Shown: one piece after another, positions 41,401-56,500 of the stretch
Layout: every line of letters starts with the position of its first letter
Position numbering within the stretch: position 1 is the first letter of the stretch
Origin: Eledone cirrhosa
Taxonomy: Eukaryota
Length of the DNA stretch: 64,000 nt
Assembly: GCA_964016885.1 (NCBI GenBank)
Contig: OZ024740.1
Span: 417,446,001-417,510,000 of the forward strand
Direction: 5' to 3'
Notes under the pieces: generated by a model
Told to the model about the DNA's origin: nothing
Databases searched by the model: none
The model's input: the letters and a program-made list of their open reading frames with translations, nothing else
Translations under genes and position numbers: made by a program

Positions 41401-43000
41401 ATACTACAGACATGTGGTTAGAATGTCTCAGGAAAGAATCTCTGAATTGAGAGACCACAGCTCTGATACTACAGACATGGGGTTAGAATGTCTCAGGAAA
41501 GAACCTCTGAATTGAGAGACCACAGCTCTGATACTACAGACATGTGGCTAGAATGTCTCAAGAAAGAGTCTCTGAATTGAGAGACCACAGCTCTGATGTT
41601 ACAGACATGTGGTTAGAATGTCTCAGGAAAGAGTCTCTGAATTGAGAGATCACAGCTCTGATATTACAGACGTGTGGTTAGAATGTCTCAGGAAAGAATC
41701 TCTGAATTGAGAGATCACAGCTCTGATATTACAGACATGTGGTTAGAATGTCTCAGGAAAGAGACTCTGAATTGAGAGATCACAGCTCTGATATTACAGA
41801 CATGTGGTTAGAATGTCTCAGGAAAGAGTCTCTGAATTGAGAGATCACAGCTCTGATATTACTAGACATGTGGTTAGAATGTCTCAGGAAAAAGTCTCTC
41901 AATTGAGAGACCACAGCTCTGATATTACAGACATGTGGTTAGAATGTCTCAGGAAAGAGTCTCTGAATTGAGAGATCACAGCTCTGATATTACAGACATG
42001 TGGTTAGAATGTCTCAGGAAAGAATCTCTGAATTGAGAGATCACAGCTCTGATATTAAAGACATGTGGTTAGAATGTCTCAGGAAAGAATCTCTGAATTG
42101 GGAGATCACAGCTCTGATACTACAGACATGTGGTTAGAATGTCTCAGGAAAGAACCTCTGAATTGAGAGACCACAGCTCTGATACTACAGACATGTGGCT
42201 AGAATGTCTCAAGAAAGAGTCTCTGAATTGAGAGACCACAGCTCTGATGTTACAGACATGTGGTTAGAATGTCTCAGGAAAGAGTCTCTGAATTGAGAGA
42301 TCACAGCTCTGATATTACAGACATGTGGTTAGAATGTCTCAGGAGAGGATCTCTGATTTGAGAGATAACAGCTCTGATATTACAGACATGTGGGTAGAAT
42401 GTCTCAGGAAAGAATCTCTGAATTGAGAGATCACAGCTCTGATATTATAGACATGTGGTTAGAATGTCTCAGGAAAGAGTCTCTGAATTGAGAGATCACA
42501 GCTCTGATATTACAGACATGTGGCTAGAATGTCTCAGGAAAAAGTCTTTGAGGTGAGAGATCACAGCTCTGATATTACTAGACATGTGGTTAGAATGTCT
42601 CAAGAAAGAGTCTCTGAATTGAGAGACCACAGCTCTGATATTACGGACATGTGGCTAGAATGTCTCAGGAAAGAGTCTCTGAATTGAGAGATCACAGCTC
42701 TGATATTACTAGACATGCGGTTAGAATGTCTGAGGAAAGTGTCTCTGAATTGAGAGACCACAGCTCTGATATTACAGACATGTGGATAGAATGTCCCAGG
42801 AAAGAACCTCTGAATTGAGAGACAACAGCTCTGATATTATAGACATGTGGGTAGATTGTCTCAGGAAAGAGTCTCTGAATTGAGAGACCACAGCTCTGAT
42901 ATTACAAACATGTGGTTAGAATGTCTCAGGAAAGAACCTCTGAATTGAGAGACCACAGCTCTGATATTACAGACATGTGGTTAGAATGTCTCAGGAAAGA
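28300..43000. repeat. Three related 4.5-5.4 kb blocks
   Basis: ORF markers 28635/34053/38554 and 29683/35101/39602 (offsets 5418 and 4501). Shared variants are GACCGCAG, TGTGCTT, GTCCCAGG and TTGGGAG (32116, 37013, 42100). Confidence 0.82.
30300..31900. repeat. Nested 9-monomer (585-586 bp) tandem repeat, about 3 copies; paralogues near 35800-36700 and 40250-41500
   Basis: CATGGGG recurs with the G-run at 30389, 30975 and 31560; GCTT occurs at 30847 and 31432. Confidence 0.85.
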
Positions 43001-46000
43001 GTCTCTGAATTGAGAGACCACAGCTCTGATATTACAGACATGTGGTTAGAATGTCTCAGGAAAGAATCTCTGAATTGAGAGACCACAGCACTGTAACTAC
43101 AGACATGTGGTTAGAATGTCTCAGGAAAGAGTCTCTGAATTGAGAAATCACAACTCTGATGTTACAGACATGTGGTTAGAATGTCTCAGGAAAGAGTCTC
43201 TGAATTGAGAGACCACAGCTCTGATATTACAGACATGTGGTTAGAATGTCTCAGGAAAGAGTCTCTGAATTGAGAGATCACAGCTCTGATATTACTAGAC
43301 ATGTGGTTAGAATGTCTAAGGAAAAAGTCTCTCAATTGAGAGACCACTGCTCTGATATTACAGACATGTCGTTAGAACGTCTCAGGAAAGAACCTCTGAA
43401 TTGAGAGACCACAGCTCTGATACTACAGACATGAGGCTAGAATGTCTCAGGAAAGAGTCTCTGAATTGAGAGACCACAGCTCTGATATTACAGACATGTG
43501 GTTAGAATGTCTCAGGAAAGAGTCTCTGAATTGAGAGATCACAGCTCTGATATTACAGACATGTGGTTAGAATGTCTCAGGAAAGAATCTCTGAATTGAG
43601 AGATAACAGCTCTGATATTACAGTCATGTGGTTAGAATGTCTCAGGAAAGAATCTCTGAATTGAGAGATCACAGCTCTGATATTACAGACGTGTGGTTAT
43701 AATGTCTCAGGAAAGAGTCTCTGAATTGAGAGATCACAGCTTTGATATTACAGGCATGAGGCTAGAATGTCTCAGGAAAGAATCTCTGAATTGAGAGACC
43801 ACAGCTCTGATACTACAGACACGTGGTTAGAATGTCTCAGGAAAGAGTCTCTGAATTGAGAGACAACAGCTCTGATATTACAGACATGTGGTTAGAATGT
43901 CTCAGGAAAGAATCTCTGAATTGAGAGATAACAGCTCTGATACTACAGACATGCGGTTAGAATGTCTCAAGAAAGAGTCTCTCAATTGAGAGACCACAGC
44001 TCTGATATTACAGACATGTGGGTAGATTGTCTCAGGAAAGAGTCTTTGAATTGAGAGACCACAGCTCTGATATTACAAACATGTGGTTAGAATGTCTCAG
44101 GAAAGAATCTCTGAATTGAGTGATCACAGCTATGATACTACAGACATGTGGTTAGAATGTCTCAGGAAAGAACCTCTGAATTGAGAGACCACAGCTCTGA
44201 TATTACAGACATGTGGTTAGAATGTCTCAGGAAAGAATCTTCGAATTGAGAGACCACAGATCTGATATTACAGACATGTGGTTAGAATGTCTCAGGAAAA
44301 AGTCTTTGAGGTGAGAGATCACAGCTCTGATATTACTAGACATGTGGTTAGAATGTCTCAAGAAAGAGTCTCTGAATTGAGAGACCACAGCTCTGATATT
44401 ACGGACATGTGGCTAGAATGTCTCAGGAAAGAGTCTCTGAATTGAGAGATCACAGCTCTGATATTACTAGACATGCGGTTAGAATGTCTGAGGAAAGTGT
44501 CTCTGAATTGAGAGACCACAGCTCTGATATTAAAGACATGTGGGTAGAATGTCTCAGGAAAGAACCTATGAATTGAGAGACCACAACTCTGATATTACAG
44601 ACATGTGGCTAGAATGTCTCAGGAAAGAACCTCTGAATTGAGAGACGACAGCTCTGATATTACAGACATGTGGCTGGAATGTCTCAGGAAAGAATCTCTG
44701 AATTGAGAGACCACAGCTCTGATATTACTAGACATGTGGTTAGAATGTCTCAGTAAAGAATCTATCTCTGAATTGAGAGACCACAGCTCTGATACTACAG
44801 ACATGTGGTTAGAATGTCTCAAGAAAGAGTCTCTCAATTGAGAGACCACAGCTCTGATATTACAGACATGTGGCTAGAATGTCTCAGGAAAGAGTCTCTG
44901 AATTGAGAGATCACAGCTCTGATGTTACAGACATGTGGTTAGAATGTCTCAGGAAAGAATCTCTGAATTGAGAGACCACAGCTCTGATATTACAGACATG
45001 TGGCTAGAATGTCTCAGGAAAGAGTCTTTGAATTGAGAGATCACAGATCTGATATTACAGACATGTGGTAAGAATGTCTCAGAAAAGAATCTCCGAATTG
45101 AGAGACCACAGCTCTGATACTACAGACATGTGTTTAGAATGTCTCAGGAAAGAATCTCTGAATTGAGAGATCACAGCTCTGATATTACAGACATGTGGTT
45201 AGAATGTCTCAGGAAATAGTCTCTGAATTGAGAGACCACAGCTCTGATATTACAGACGTGTGGTTAGAATGTCTCAGGAAAGAATCTCTGAATTGAGAGA
45301 TCACAGCTCTGATATTACAGACATGTGGTTAGAATGTCTCAGGAAAGAATCTCTGAATTGAGAGATCACAGCTCTGATATTAAAGACATGTGTTTAGAAT
45401 GTCTCAGGAAAGAGTCTCTGAATTGAGAGATCACAGCTCAGATATTACAGACATGTGGTTAGAATGTCTCAGGAAAGAGTCTCTGAATTGAGAGATCACA
45501 GCTCTGATATTACTAGACATGTGGTTAGAATGTCTCAGGAAAAAGTCTCTCAATTGAGAGACCACAGCTCTGATATTACAGACATGTGGTTAGAATGTCT
45601 CAGGAAATAGTCTCTGAATTGAGAGATCACAGCTCTGATATTACAGACATGTGGTTAGAATGTCTCAGGAAAGAATCTCTGAATTGAGAGATCACAGCTC
45701 TGATATTAAAGACATGTGGTTAGAATGTCTCAGGAAAGAATCTCTGAATTGAGAGATCACAGCTCTGATACTACAGACATGTGGTTAGAATGTCTCAGGA
45801 AAGAACCTCTGAATTGAGAGACCACAGCTCTAATACTACAGACATGTGGCTAGAATGTCTCAGGAAAGCGTCTCTGAATTGAGAGACCACAGCTCTGATG
45901 TTACAGACATGTGGTTAGAATGTCTCAGGAAAGAGTCTCTGAATTGAGAGATCACAGCTCTGATATTACAGACATGTGGTTAGAATGTCTCAGGAAAGAA

Positions 46001-49000
46001 TCTCTGATTTGAGAGATAACAGCTCTGATATTAGAGACATGTGGTTAGAATGTCTCAGGAAAGAATCTCTGAATTGAGAGATCACAGCTCTGATATTATA
46101 GACATGTGGTTAGAATGTCTCAGGAAAGAGTCTCTGAATTGAGAGATCACAGCTCTGATATTACAGACATGTGGCTAGAATGTCTCAGGAAAAAGTCTTT
46201 GAGGTGGGAGATCACAGCTCTGATATTACTAGACATGTGGTTAGAATGTCTCAAGAAAGAGTCTCTGAATTGAGAGACCACAGCTCTGATATTACGGACA
46301 TGTGGCTAGAATGTCTCAGGAAAGAGTCTCTGAATTGAGAGATCACAGCTCTGATATTACTAGACATGCGGTTAGAATGTCTGAGGAAAGTGTCTCTGAA
46401 TTGAGAGACCACAGCTCTGCTATTACAGACATGTGGATAGAATGTCTCAGGAAAGAACCTCTGAATTGAGAGACCACAGCTCTGATATTACAGACATGTG
46501 GCTAGAATGTCTCAGGAAGGAGTCTCTGAATTGAGAGATCACAGCTTTGATATTACAGGCATGAGGCTAGAATGTCTCAGGTAAGAATCTCTGAATTGAG
46601 AGACCACAGCTCTGATACTACAGACACGTGGTTAGAATGTCTCAGGAAAGAGTCTCTGAATTGAGAGACAACAGCTCTGATATTACAGACATGTGGTTAG
46701 AATGTCTCAGGAAAGAATCTCTGAATTGAGAGATAACAGCTCTGATACTACAGACATGCGGTTAGAATGTCTCAAGAAAGAGTCTCTCAATTGAGAGACC
46801 ACAGCTCTGATATTACAGACATGTGGGTAGATTGTCTCAGGAAAGAGTCTCTGAATTGAGAGACCACATCTCTGATATTACAAACATGTGGTTAGAATGT
46901 CTCAGGAAAGAATCTCTGAATTGAGTGATCACAGCTATGATACTACAGACATGTGGTTAGAATGTCTCAGGAAAGAGCCTCTGAATTGAGAGACCACAGC
47001 TCTGATATTACAGACATGTGGTTAGAATGTCTCAGGAAAGAATCTTCGAATTGAGAGACCACAGAACTGATATTACAGACATGTGGTTAGAATGTCTCAG
47101 GAAAGAATCTCTGAATTGAGAGACCACAGCACTGTAACTACAGACATGTGGTTAGAATGTCTCAGGAAAGAGTCTCTGAATTGAGAAATCACAACTCTGA
47201 TGTTACAGACATGTGGTTAGAATGTCTCAGGAAAGAGTCTCTGAATTGAGAGACCACAGCTCTGATATTACAGACATGTGGTTAGAATGTCTCAGGAAAG
47301 AATCTCCGAATTGAGAGATAACAGCTCTGATATTACAGACATGTGGTTAGAATGTCTCAGGAAAGAATCTCTGAATTGAGAGATCACAGCTCTGATATTA
47401 CAGACATGTGGTTAGAATGTCTCAGAAAAGAATCTCTGAATTGAGAGATCACAGCTCTGATATTACAGACATGTGGCTAGAATGTGTCAGGAAAGAACCT
47501 CTGAATTGAGAGACCACAGCTCTGATATTACAGACATGTGGCTAGAATGTCTCAAGAAAGAGTCTCTCAATTGAGAGACCACAGCTCTGATATTACAGAT
47601 ATGTGTCTAGAATGTCTTAGAAAGAGTCTTTGAATTGAGAGACCACAGATCTGATATTACAGGCATGTGGCTAGAATGTCTCAGGAAAGAATCTCTGAAT
47701 TGAGAGACCACAGCTCTGATACTACAGACATGTGGTTAGAATGTCTCTGGAAAGAATCTCTGAATTGAGAGACCACAGCTTTGATATTACAGACATGTCG
47801 TTAGAATGTCTCAGGAAAGAATCTCTGAATTGAGAGACCACAGCTCTGATACTACAGACATGTGGCTAGAATGTCTCAGGAAAGAGTCTCTGAATTGAGA
47901 GACCACAGCTCTGATACTACAGACATGTGGCTAGAATGTCTCAAGAAAGAGTCTCTGAATTGAGAGACCACAGCTCTGATGTTACAGACATGTGGTTAGA
48001 ATGTCTCAGGAAAGAGTCTCTGAATTGAGAGATCACAGCTCTGATATTACAGACATGTGGTTAGAATGTCTCAGGAGAGGATCTCTGATTTGAGAGATAA
48101 CAGCTCTGATATTACAGACATGTGGGTAGAATGTCTCAGGAAAGAATCTCTGAATTGAGAGATCACAGCTCTGATATTATAGACATGTGGTTAGAATGTC
48201 TCAGGAAAGAGTCTCTGAATTGAGAGATCACAGCTCTGATATTACAGACATGTGGCTAGAATGTCTCAGGAAAAAGTCTTTGAGGTGAGAGATCACAGCT
48301 CTGATATTACTAGACATGTGGTTAGAATGTCTCAAGAAAGAGTCTCTGAATTGAGAGACCACAGCTCTGATATTACGGACATGTGGCTAGAATGTCTCAG
48401 GAAAGAGTCTCTGAATTGAGAGATCACAGCTCTGATATTACTAGACATGCGGTTAGAATGTCTGAGGAAAGTGTCTCTGAATTGAGAGACCACAGCTCTG
48501 ATATTACAGACATGTGGATAGAATGTCCCAGGAAAGAACCTCTGAATTGAGAGACAACAGCTCTGATATTATAGACATGTGGGTAGATTGTCTCAGGAAA
48601 GAGTCTCTGAATTGAGAGACCACAGCTCTGATATTACAAACATGTGGTTAGAATGTCTCAGGAAAGAACCTCTGAATTGAGAGACCACAGCTCTGATATT
48701 ACAGACATGTGGTTAGAATGTCTCAGGAAAGAGTCTCTGAATTGAGAGACCACAGCTCTGATATTACAGACATGTGGTTAGAATGTCTCAGGAAAGAATC
48801 TCTGAATTGAGAGACCACAGCACTGTAACTACAGACATGTGGTTAGAATGTCTCAGGAAAGAGTCTCTGAATTGAGAAATCACAACTCTGATGTTACAGA
48901 CATGTGGTTAGAATGTCTCAGGAAAGAGTCTCTGAATTGAGAGACCACAGCTCTGATATTACAGACATGTGGTTAGAATGTCTCAGGAAAGAGTCTCTGA

Positions 49001-52000
49001 ATTGAGAGATCACAGCTCTGATATTACTAGACATGAGGCTAGAATGTCTCAGGAAAGAGTCTCTGAATTGAGAGACCACAGCTCTGATATTACAGACATG
49101 TGGTTAGAATGTCTCAGGAAAGAGTCTCTGAATTGAGAGATCACAGCTCTGATATTACAGACATGTGGTTAGAATGTCTCAGGAAAGAATCTCTGAATTG
49201 AGAGATAACAGCTCTGATATTACAGTCATGTGGTTAGAATGTCTCAGGAAAGAATCTCTGAATTGAGAGATCACAGCTCTGATATTACAGACGTGTGGTT
49301 ATAATGTCTCAGGAAAGAGTCTCTGAATTGAGAGATCACAGCTTTGATATTACAGGCATGAGGCTAGAATGTCTCAGGAAAGAATCTCTGAATTGAGAGA
49401 CCACAGCTCTGATACTACAGACACGTGGTTAGAATGTCTCAGGAAAGAGTCTCTGAATTGAGAGACAACAGCTCTGATATTACAGACATGTGGTTAGAAT
49501 GTCTCAGGAAAGAATCTCTGAATTGAGAGATAACAGCTCTGATACTACAGACATGCGGTTAGAATGTCTCAAGAAAGAGTCTCTCAATTGAGAGACCACA
49601 GCTCTGATATTACAGACATGTGGGTAGATTGTCTCAGGAAAGAGTCTTTGAATTGAGAGACCACAGCTCTGATATTACAAACATGTGGTTAGAATGTCTC
49701 AGGAAAGAATCTCTGAATTGAGTGATCACAGCTATGATACTACAGACATGTGGTTAGAATGTCTCAGGAAAGAACCTCTGAATTGAGAGACCACAGCTCT
49801 GATATTACAGACATGTGGTTAGAATGTCTCAGGAAAGAATCTTCGAATTGAGAGACCACAGATCTGATATTACAGACATGTGGTTAGAATGTCTCAGGAA
49901 AAAGTCTTTGAGGTGAGAGATCACAGCTCTGATATTACTAGACATGTGGTTAGAATGTCTCAAGAAAGAGTCTCTGAATTGAGAGACCACAGCTCTGATA
50001 TTACGGACATGTGGCTAGAATGTCTCAGGAAAGAGTCTCTGAATTGAGAGATCACAGCTCTGATATTACTAGACATGCGGTTAGAATGTCTGAGGAAAGT
50101 GTCTCTGAATTGAGAGACCACAGCTCTGATATTAAAGACATGTGGGTAGAATGTCTCAGGAAAGAACCTATGAATTGAGAGACCACAACTCTGATATTAC
50201 AGACATGTGGCTAGAATGTCTCAGGAAAGAACCTCTGAATTGAGAGACGACAGCTCTGATATTACAGACATGTGGCTGGAATGTCTCAGGAAAGAATCTC
50301 TGAATTGAGAGACCACAGCTCTGATATTACTAGACATGTGGTTAGAATGTCTCAGTAAAGAATCTATCTCTGAATTGAGAGACCACAGCTCTGATACTAC
50401 AGACATGTGGTTAGAATGTCTCAAGAAAGAGTCTCTCAATTGAGAGACCACAGCTCTGATATTACAGACATGTGGCTAGAATGTCTCAGGAAAGAGTCTC
50501 TGAATTGAGAGATCACAGCTCTGATGTTACAGACATGTGGTTAGAATGTCTCAGGAAAGAATCTCTGAATTGAGAGACCACAGCTCTGATATTACAGACA
50601 TGTGGCTAGAATGTCTCAGGAAAGAGTCTTTGAATTGAGAGATCACAGATCTGATATTACAGACATGTGGTAAGAATGTCTCAGAAAAGAATCTCCGAAT
50701 TGAGAGACCACAGCTCTGATACTACAGACATGTGTTTAGAATGTCTCAGGAAAGAATCTCTGAATTGAGAGATCACAGCTCTGATATTACAGACATGTGG
50801 TTAGAATGTCTCAGGAAATAGTCTCTGAATTGAGAGACCACAGCTCTGATATTACAGACGTGTGGTTAGAATGTCTCAGGAAAGAATCTCTGAATTGAGA
50901 GATCACAGCTCTGATATTACAGACATGTGGTTAGAATGTCTCAGGAAAGAATCTCTGAATTGAGAGATCACAGCTCTGATATTAAAGACATGTGTTTAGA
51001 ATGTCTCAGGAAAGAGTCTCTGAATTGAGAGATCACAGCTCAGATATTACAGACATGTGGTTAGAATGTCTCAGGAAAGAGTCTCTGAATTGAGAGATCA
51101 CAGCTCTGATATTACTAGACATGTGGTTAGAATGTCTCAGGAAAAAGTCTCTCAATTGAGAGACCACAGCTCTGATATTACAGACATGTGGTTAGAATGT
51201 CTCAGGAAATAGTCTCTGAATTGAGAGATCACAGCTCTGATATTACAGACATGTGGTTAGAATGTCTCAGGAAAGAATCTCTGAATTGAGAGATCACAGC
51301 TCTGATATTAAAGACATGTGGTTAGAATGTCTCAGGAAAGAATCTCTGAATTGAGAGATCACAGCTCTGATACTACAGACATGTGGTTAGAATGTCTCAG
51401 GAAAGAACCTCTGAATTGAGAGACCACAGCTCTAATACTACAGACATGTGGCTAGAATGTCTCAGGAAAGCGTCTCTGAATTGAGAGACCACAGCTCTGA
51501 TGTTACAGACATGTGGTTAGAATGTCTCAGGAAAGAGTCTCTGAATTGAGAGATCACAGCTCTGATATTACAGACATGTGGTTAGAATGTCTCAGGAAAG
51601 AATCTCTGATTTGAGAGATAACAGCTCTGATATTAGAGACATGTGGTTAGAATGTCTCAGGAAAGAATCTCTGAATTGAGAGATCACAGCTCTGATATTA
51701 TAGACATGTGGTTAGAATGTCTCAGGAAAGAGTCTCTGAATTGAGAGATCACAGCTCTGATATTACAGACATGTGGCTAGAATGTCTCAGGAAAAAGTCT
51801 TTGAGGTGGGAGATCACAGCTCTGATATTACTAGACATGTGGTTAGAATGTCTCAAGAAAGAGTCTCTGAATTGAGAGACCACAGCTCTGATATTACGGA
51901 CATGTGGCTAGAATGTCTCAGGAAAGAGTCTCTGAATTGAGAGATCACAGCTCTGATATTACTAGACATGCGGTTAGAATGTCTGAGGAAAGTGTCTCTG

Positions 52001-53500
52001 AATTGAGAGACCACAGCTCTGCTATTACAGACATGTGGATAGAATGTCTCAGGAAAGAACCTCTGAATTGAGAGACCACAGCTCTGATATTACAGACATG
52101 TGGCTAGAATGTCTCAGGAAGGAGTCTCTGAATTGAGAGATCACAGCTTTGATATTACAGGCATGAGGCTAGAATGTCTCAGGTAAGAATCTCTGAATTG
52201 AGAGACCACAGCTCTGATACTACAGACACGTGGTTAGAATGTCTCAGGAAAGAGTCTCTGAATTGAGAGACAACAGCTCTGATATTACAGACATGTGGTT
52301 AGAATGTCTCAGGAAAGAATCTCTGAATTGAGAGATAACAGCTCTGATACTACAGACATGCGGTTAGAATGTCTCAAGAAAGAGTCTCTCAATTGAGAGA
52401 CCACAGCTCTGATATTACAGACATGTGGGTAGATTGTCTCAGGAAAGAGTCTCTGAATTGAGAGACCACATCTCTGATATTACAAACATGTGGTTAGAAT
52501 GTCTCAGGAAAGAATCTCTGAATTGAGTGATCACAGCTATGATACTACAGACATGTGGTTAGAATGTCTCAGGAAAGAGCCTCTGAATTGAGAGACCACA
52601 GCTCTGATATTACAGACATGTGGTTAGAATGTCTCAGGAAAGAATCTTCGAATTGAGAGACCACAGAACTGATATTACAGACATGTGGTTAGAATGTCTC
52701 AGGAAAGAATCTCTGAATTGAGAGACCACAGCACTGTAACTACAGACATGTGGTTAGAATGTCTCAGGAAAGAGTCTCTGAATTGAGAAATCACAACTCT
52801 GATGTTACAGACATGTGGTTAGAATGTCTCAGGAAAGAGTCTCTGAATTGAGAGACCACAGCTCTGATATTACAGACATGTGGTTAGAATGTCTCAGGAA
52901 AGAATCTCCGAATTGAGAGATAACAGCTCTGATATTACAGACATGTGGTTAGAATGTCTCAGGAAAGAATCTCTGAATTGAGAGATCACAGCTCTGATAT
53001 TACAGACATGTGGTTAGAATGTCTCAGAAAAGAATCTCTGAATTGAGAGATCACAGCTCTGATATTACAGACATGTGGCTAGAATGTGTCAGGAAAGAAC
53101 CTCTGAATTGAGAGACCACAGCTCTGATATTACAGACATGTGGCTAGAATGTCTCAAGAAAGAGTCTCTCAATTGAGAGACCACAGCTCTGATATTACAG
53201 ATATGTGTCTAGAATGTCTTAGAAAGAGTCTTTGAATTGAGAGACCACAGCTCTGATATTACAGGCATGTGGCTAGAATGTCTCAGGAAAGAATCTCTGA
53301 ATTGAGAGACCACAGCTCTGATACTACAGACATGTGGTTAGAATGTCTCTGGAAAGAATCTCTGAATTGAGAGACCACAGCTTTGATATTACAGACATGT
53401 CGTTAGAATGTCTCAGGAAAGAATCTCTGAATTGAGAGACCACAGCTCTGATACTACAGACATGTGGCTAGAATGTCTCAGGAAAGAGTCTCTGAATTGA
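42180..53500. repeat. Large tandem duplication (5732 bp, 88 monomers; second copy lacks two monomers)
   Basis: AGGAGAGG at 42341/48073 (+5732); ORFs 44619/50221 and TCTTAG 47617/53219 (+5602). The CTAAG/CCACTGC/TGTCG monomers near 43310-43440 are absent near 49035. Confidence 0.9.
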
Positions 53501-56500
53501 GAGACCACAGCTCTGATAATACAGACATGGGGCTAGAATGTCTCAGGAAAGAGTCTCTAAATTGAGAGACCACAGCTCTGATATTACAGACATGTGGTTA
53601 GAATGTCTCAGGAAAGAATCTCCGAATTGAGAGACCACAGCTCTGATATTACAGACGTGTGGTTAGAATGTCTCAGGAAAGAGTCTCTGAATTGAGAGAT
53701 CACAGCTCTGATATTACAGACATGTGGTTAGAATGTCTCAAGAAAAAGTCTCTCAATTGAGAGACCACAGCTCTAATATTACAGACATGTGGCTAGAATG
53801 TCTCAGGAAAGAGTCTCTGAATTGAGAGACCACAGCTCTGATATTAAAGACATGTGGCTAGAATGTCTCAGGAAAGAGTCTCTGAATTGAGAGACAACGG
53901 CTCTGATATTACAGACATGTGGTTAGAATGTCTCAGGAAAGAACCTCTGAATTGAGAGACCTCAGCTCTGATATTACAGACATGTGGTTAGAATGTCTCA
54001 GGAAAGAATCTCTGAATTGAGAGACCACAGCTCTGATACTACAGGCATGTGGTTAGAATGTCTCAGGAAAGAATCTCTGAATTGAGAGATCACAGCTCTG
54101 ATATTACAGACGTGTGGTTAGAATGTCTCAGGAAAGAGTCTCTGAATTGAGAGATCACAGCTCTGATATTACAGACATGTGGCTAGAATGTCTCAGGAAA
54201 AAGTCTTTGAGGTGAGAGACCACAGCTCTGATATTACAGACATGTGGTTAGAATGTCTCAGGAAAGAATCTCCGAATTGAGAGATAACAGCTCTGATATT
54301 ACAGACATGTGGTTAGAATGTCTCAGGAAAGAATCTCTGAATTGAGAGATCACAGCTCTGATATTACAGACATGTGGTTAGAATGTCTCAGAAAAGAATC
54401 TCTGAATTGAGAGATCACAGCTCTGATATTACAGACATGTGGCTAGAATGTGTCAGGAAAGAACCTCTGAATTGAGAGACCACAGCTCTGATATTACAGA
54501 CATGTGGCTAGAATGTCTCAAGAAAGAGTCTCTCAATTGAGAGACCACAGCTCTGATATTACAGATATGTGTCTAGAATGTCTTAGAAAGAGTCTTTGAA
54601 TTGAGAGACCACAGCTCTGATATTACAGGCATGTGGCTAGAATGTCTCAGGAAAGAATCTCTGAATTGAGAGACCACAGCTCTGATACTACAGACATGTG
54701 GTTAGAATGTCTCAGGAAAGAATCTCTGAATTGAGAGATAACAGCTCTGATACTACAGACATGCGGTTAGAATGTCTCAAGAAAGAGTCTCTCAATTGAG
54801 AGACCACAGCTCTGATATTACAGACATGTGGGTAGATTGTCTCAGGAAAGAGTCTCTGAATTGAGAGACCACATCTCTGATATTACAAACATGTGGTTAG
54901 AATGTCTCAGGAAAGAATCTCTGAATTGAGTGATCACAGCTATGATACTACAGACATGTGGTTAGAATGTCTCAGGAAAGAACCTCTGAATTGAGAGACC
55001 ACAGCTCTGATATTACAGACATGTGGTTAGAATGTCTCAGGAAAGAATCTTCGAATTGAGAGACCACAGAACTGATATTACAGACATGTGGTTAGAATGT
55101 CTCCGGAAAGAATCTCTGAATTGAGAGACCACAGCACTGTAACTACAGACATGTGGTTAGAATGTCTCAGGAAAGAGTCTCTGAATTGAGAAATCACAAC
55201 TCTGATGTTACAGACATGTGGTTAGAATGTCTCAGGAAAGAGTCTCTGAATTGAGAGACCACAGCTCTGATATTACAGACATGTGGTTAGAATGTCTCAG
55301 GAAAGAATCTCCGAATTGAGAGATAACAGCTCTGATATTACAGACATGTGGTTAGAATGTCTCAGGAAAGAATCTCTGAATTGAGAGATCACAGCTCTGA
55401 TATTACAGACATGTGGTTAGAATGTCTCAGAAAAGAATCTCTGAATTGAGAGATCACAGCTCTGATATTACAGACATGTGGCTAGAATGTGTCAGGAAAG
55501 AACCTCTGAATTGAGAGACCACAGCTCTGATATTACAGACATGTGGCTAGAATGTCTCAAGAAAGAGTCTCTCAATTGAGAGACCACAGCTCTGATATTA
55601 CAGATATGTGTCTAGAATGTCTTAGAAAGAGTCTTTGAATTGAGAGACCACAGCTCTGATATTACAGGCATGTGGCTAGAATGTCTCAGGAAAGAATCTC
55701 TGAATTGAGAGACCACAGCTCTGATACTACAGACATGTGGTTAGAATGTCTCTGGAAAGAATCTCTGAATTGAGAGACCACAGCTTTGATATTACAGACA
55801 TGTCGTTAGAATGTCTCAGGAAAGAATCTCTGAATTGAGAGACCACAGCTCTGATACTACAGACATGTGGCTAGAATGTCTCAGGAAAGAGTCTCTGAAT
55901 TGAGAGACCACAGCTCTGATAATACAGACATGGGGCTAGAATGTCTCAGGAAAGAGTCTCTAAATTGAGAGACCACAGCTCTGATATTACAGACATGTGG
56001 TTAGAATGTCTCAGGAAAGAATCTCCGAATTGAGAGACCACAGCTCTGATATTACAGACGTGTGGTTAGAATGTCTCAGGAAAGAGTCTCTGAATTGAGA
56101 GATCACAGCTCTGATATTACAGACATGTGGTTAGAATGTCTCAAGAAAAAGTCTCTCAATTGAGAGACCACAGCTCTAATATTACAGACATGTGGCTAGA
56201 ATGTCTCAGGAAAGAGTCTCTGAATTGAGAGACCACAGCTCTGATATTAAAGACATGTGGCTAGAATGTCTCAGGAAAGAGTCTCTGAATTGAGAGACAA
56301 CGGCTCTGATATTACAGACATGTGGTTAGAATGTCTCAGGAAAGAACCTCTGAATTGAGAGACCTCAGCTCTGATATTACAGACATGTGGTTAGAATGTC
56401 TCAGGAAAGAATCTCTGAATTGAGAGACCACAGCTCTGATACTACAGGCATGTGGTTAGAATGTCTCAGGAAAGAATCTCTGAATTGAGAGATCACAGCT

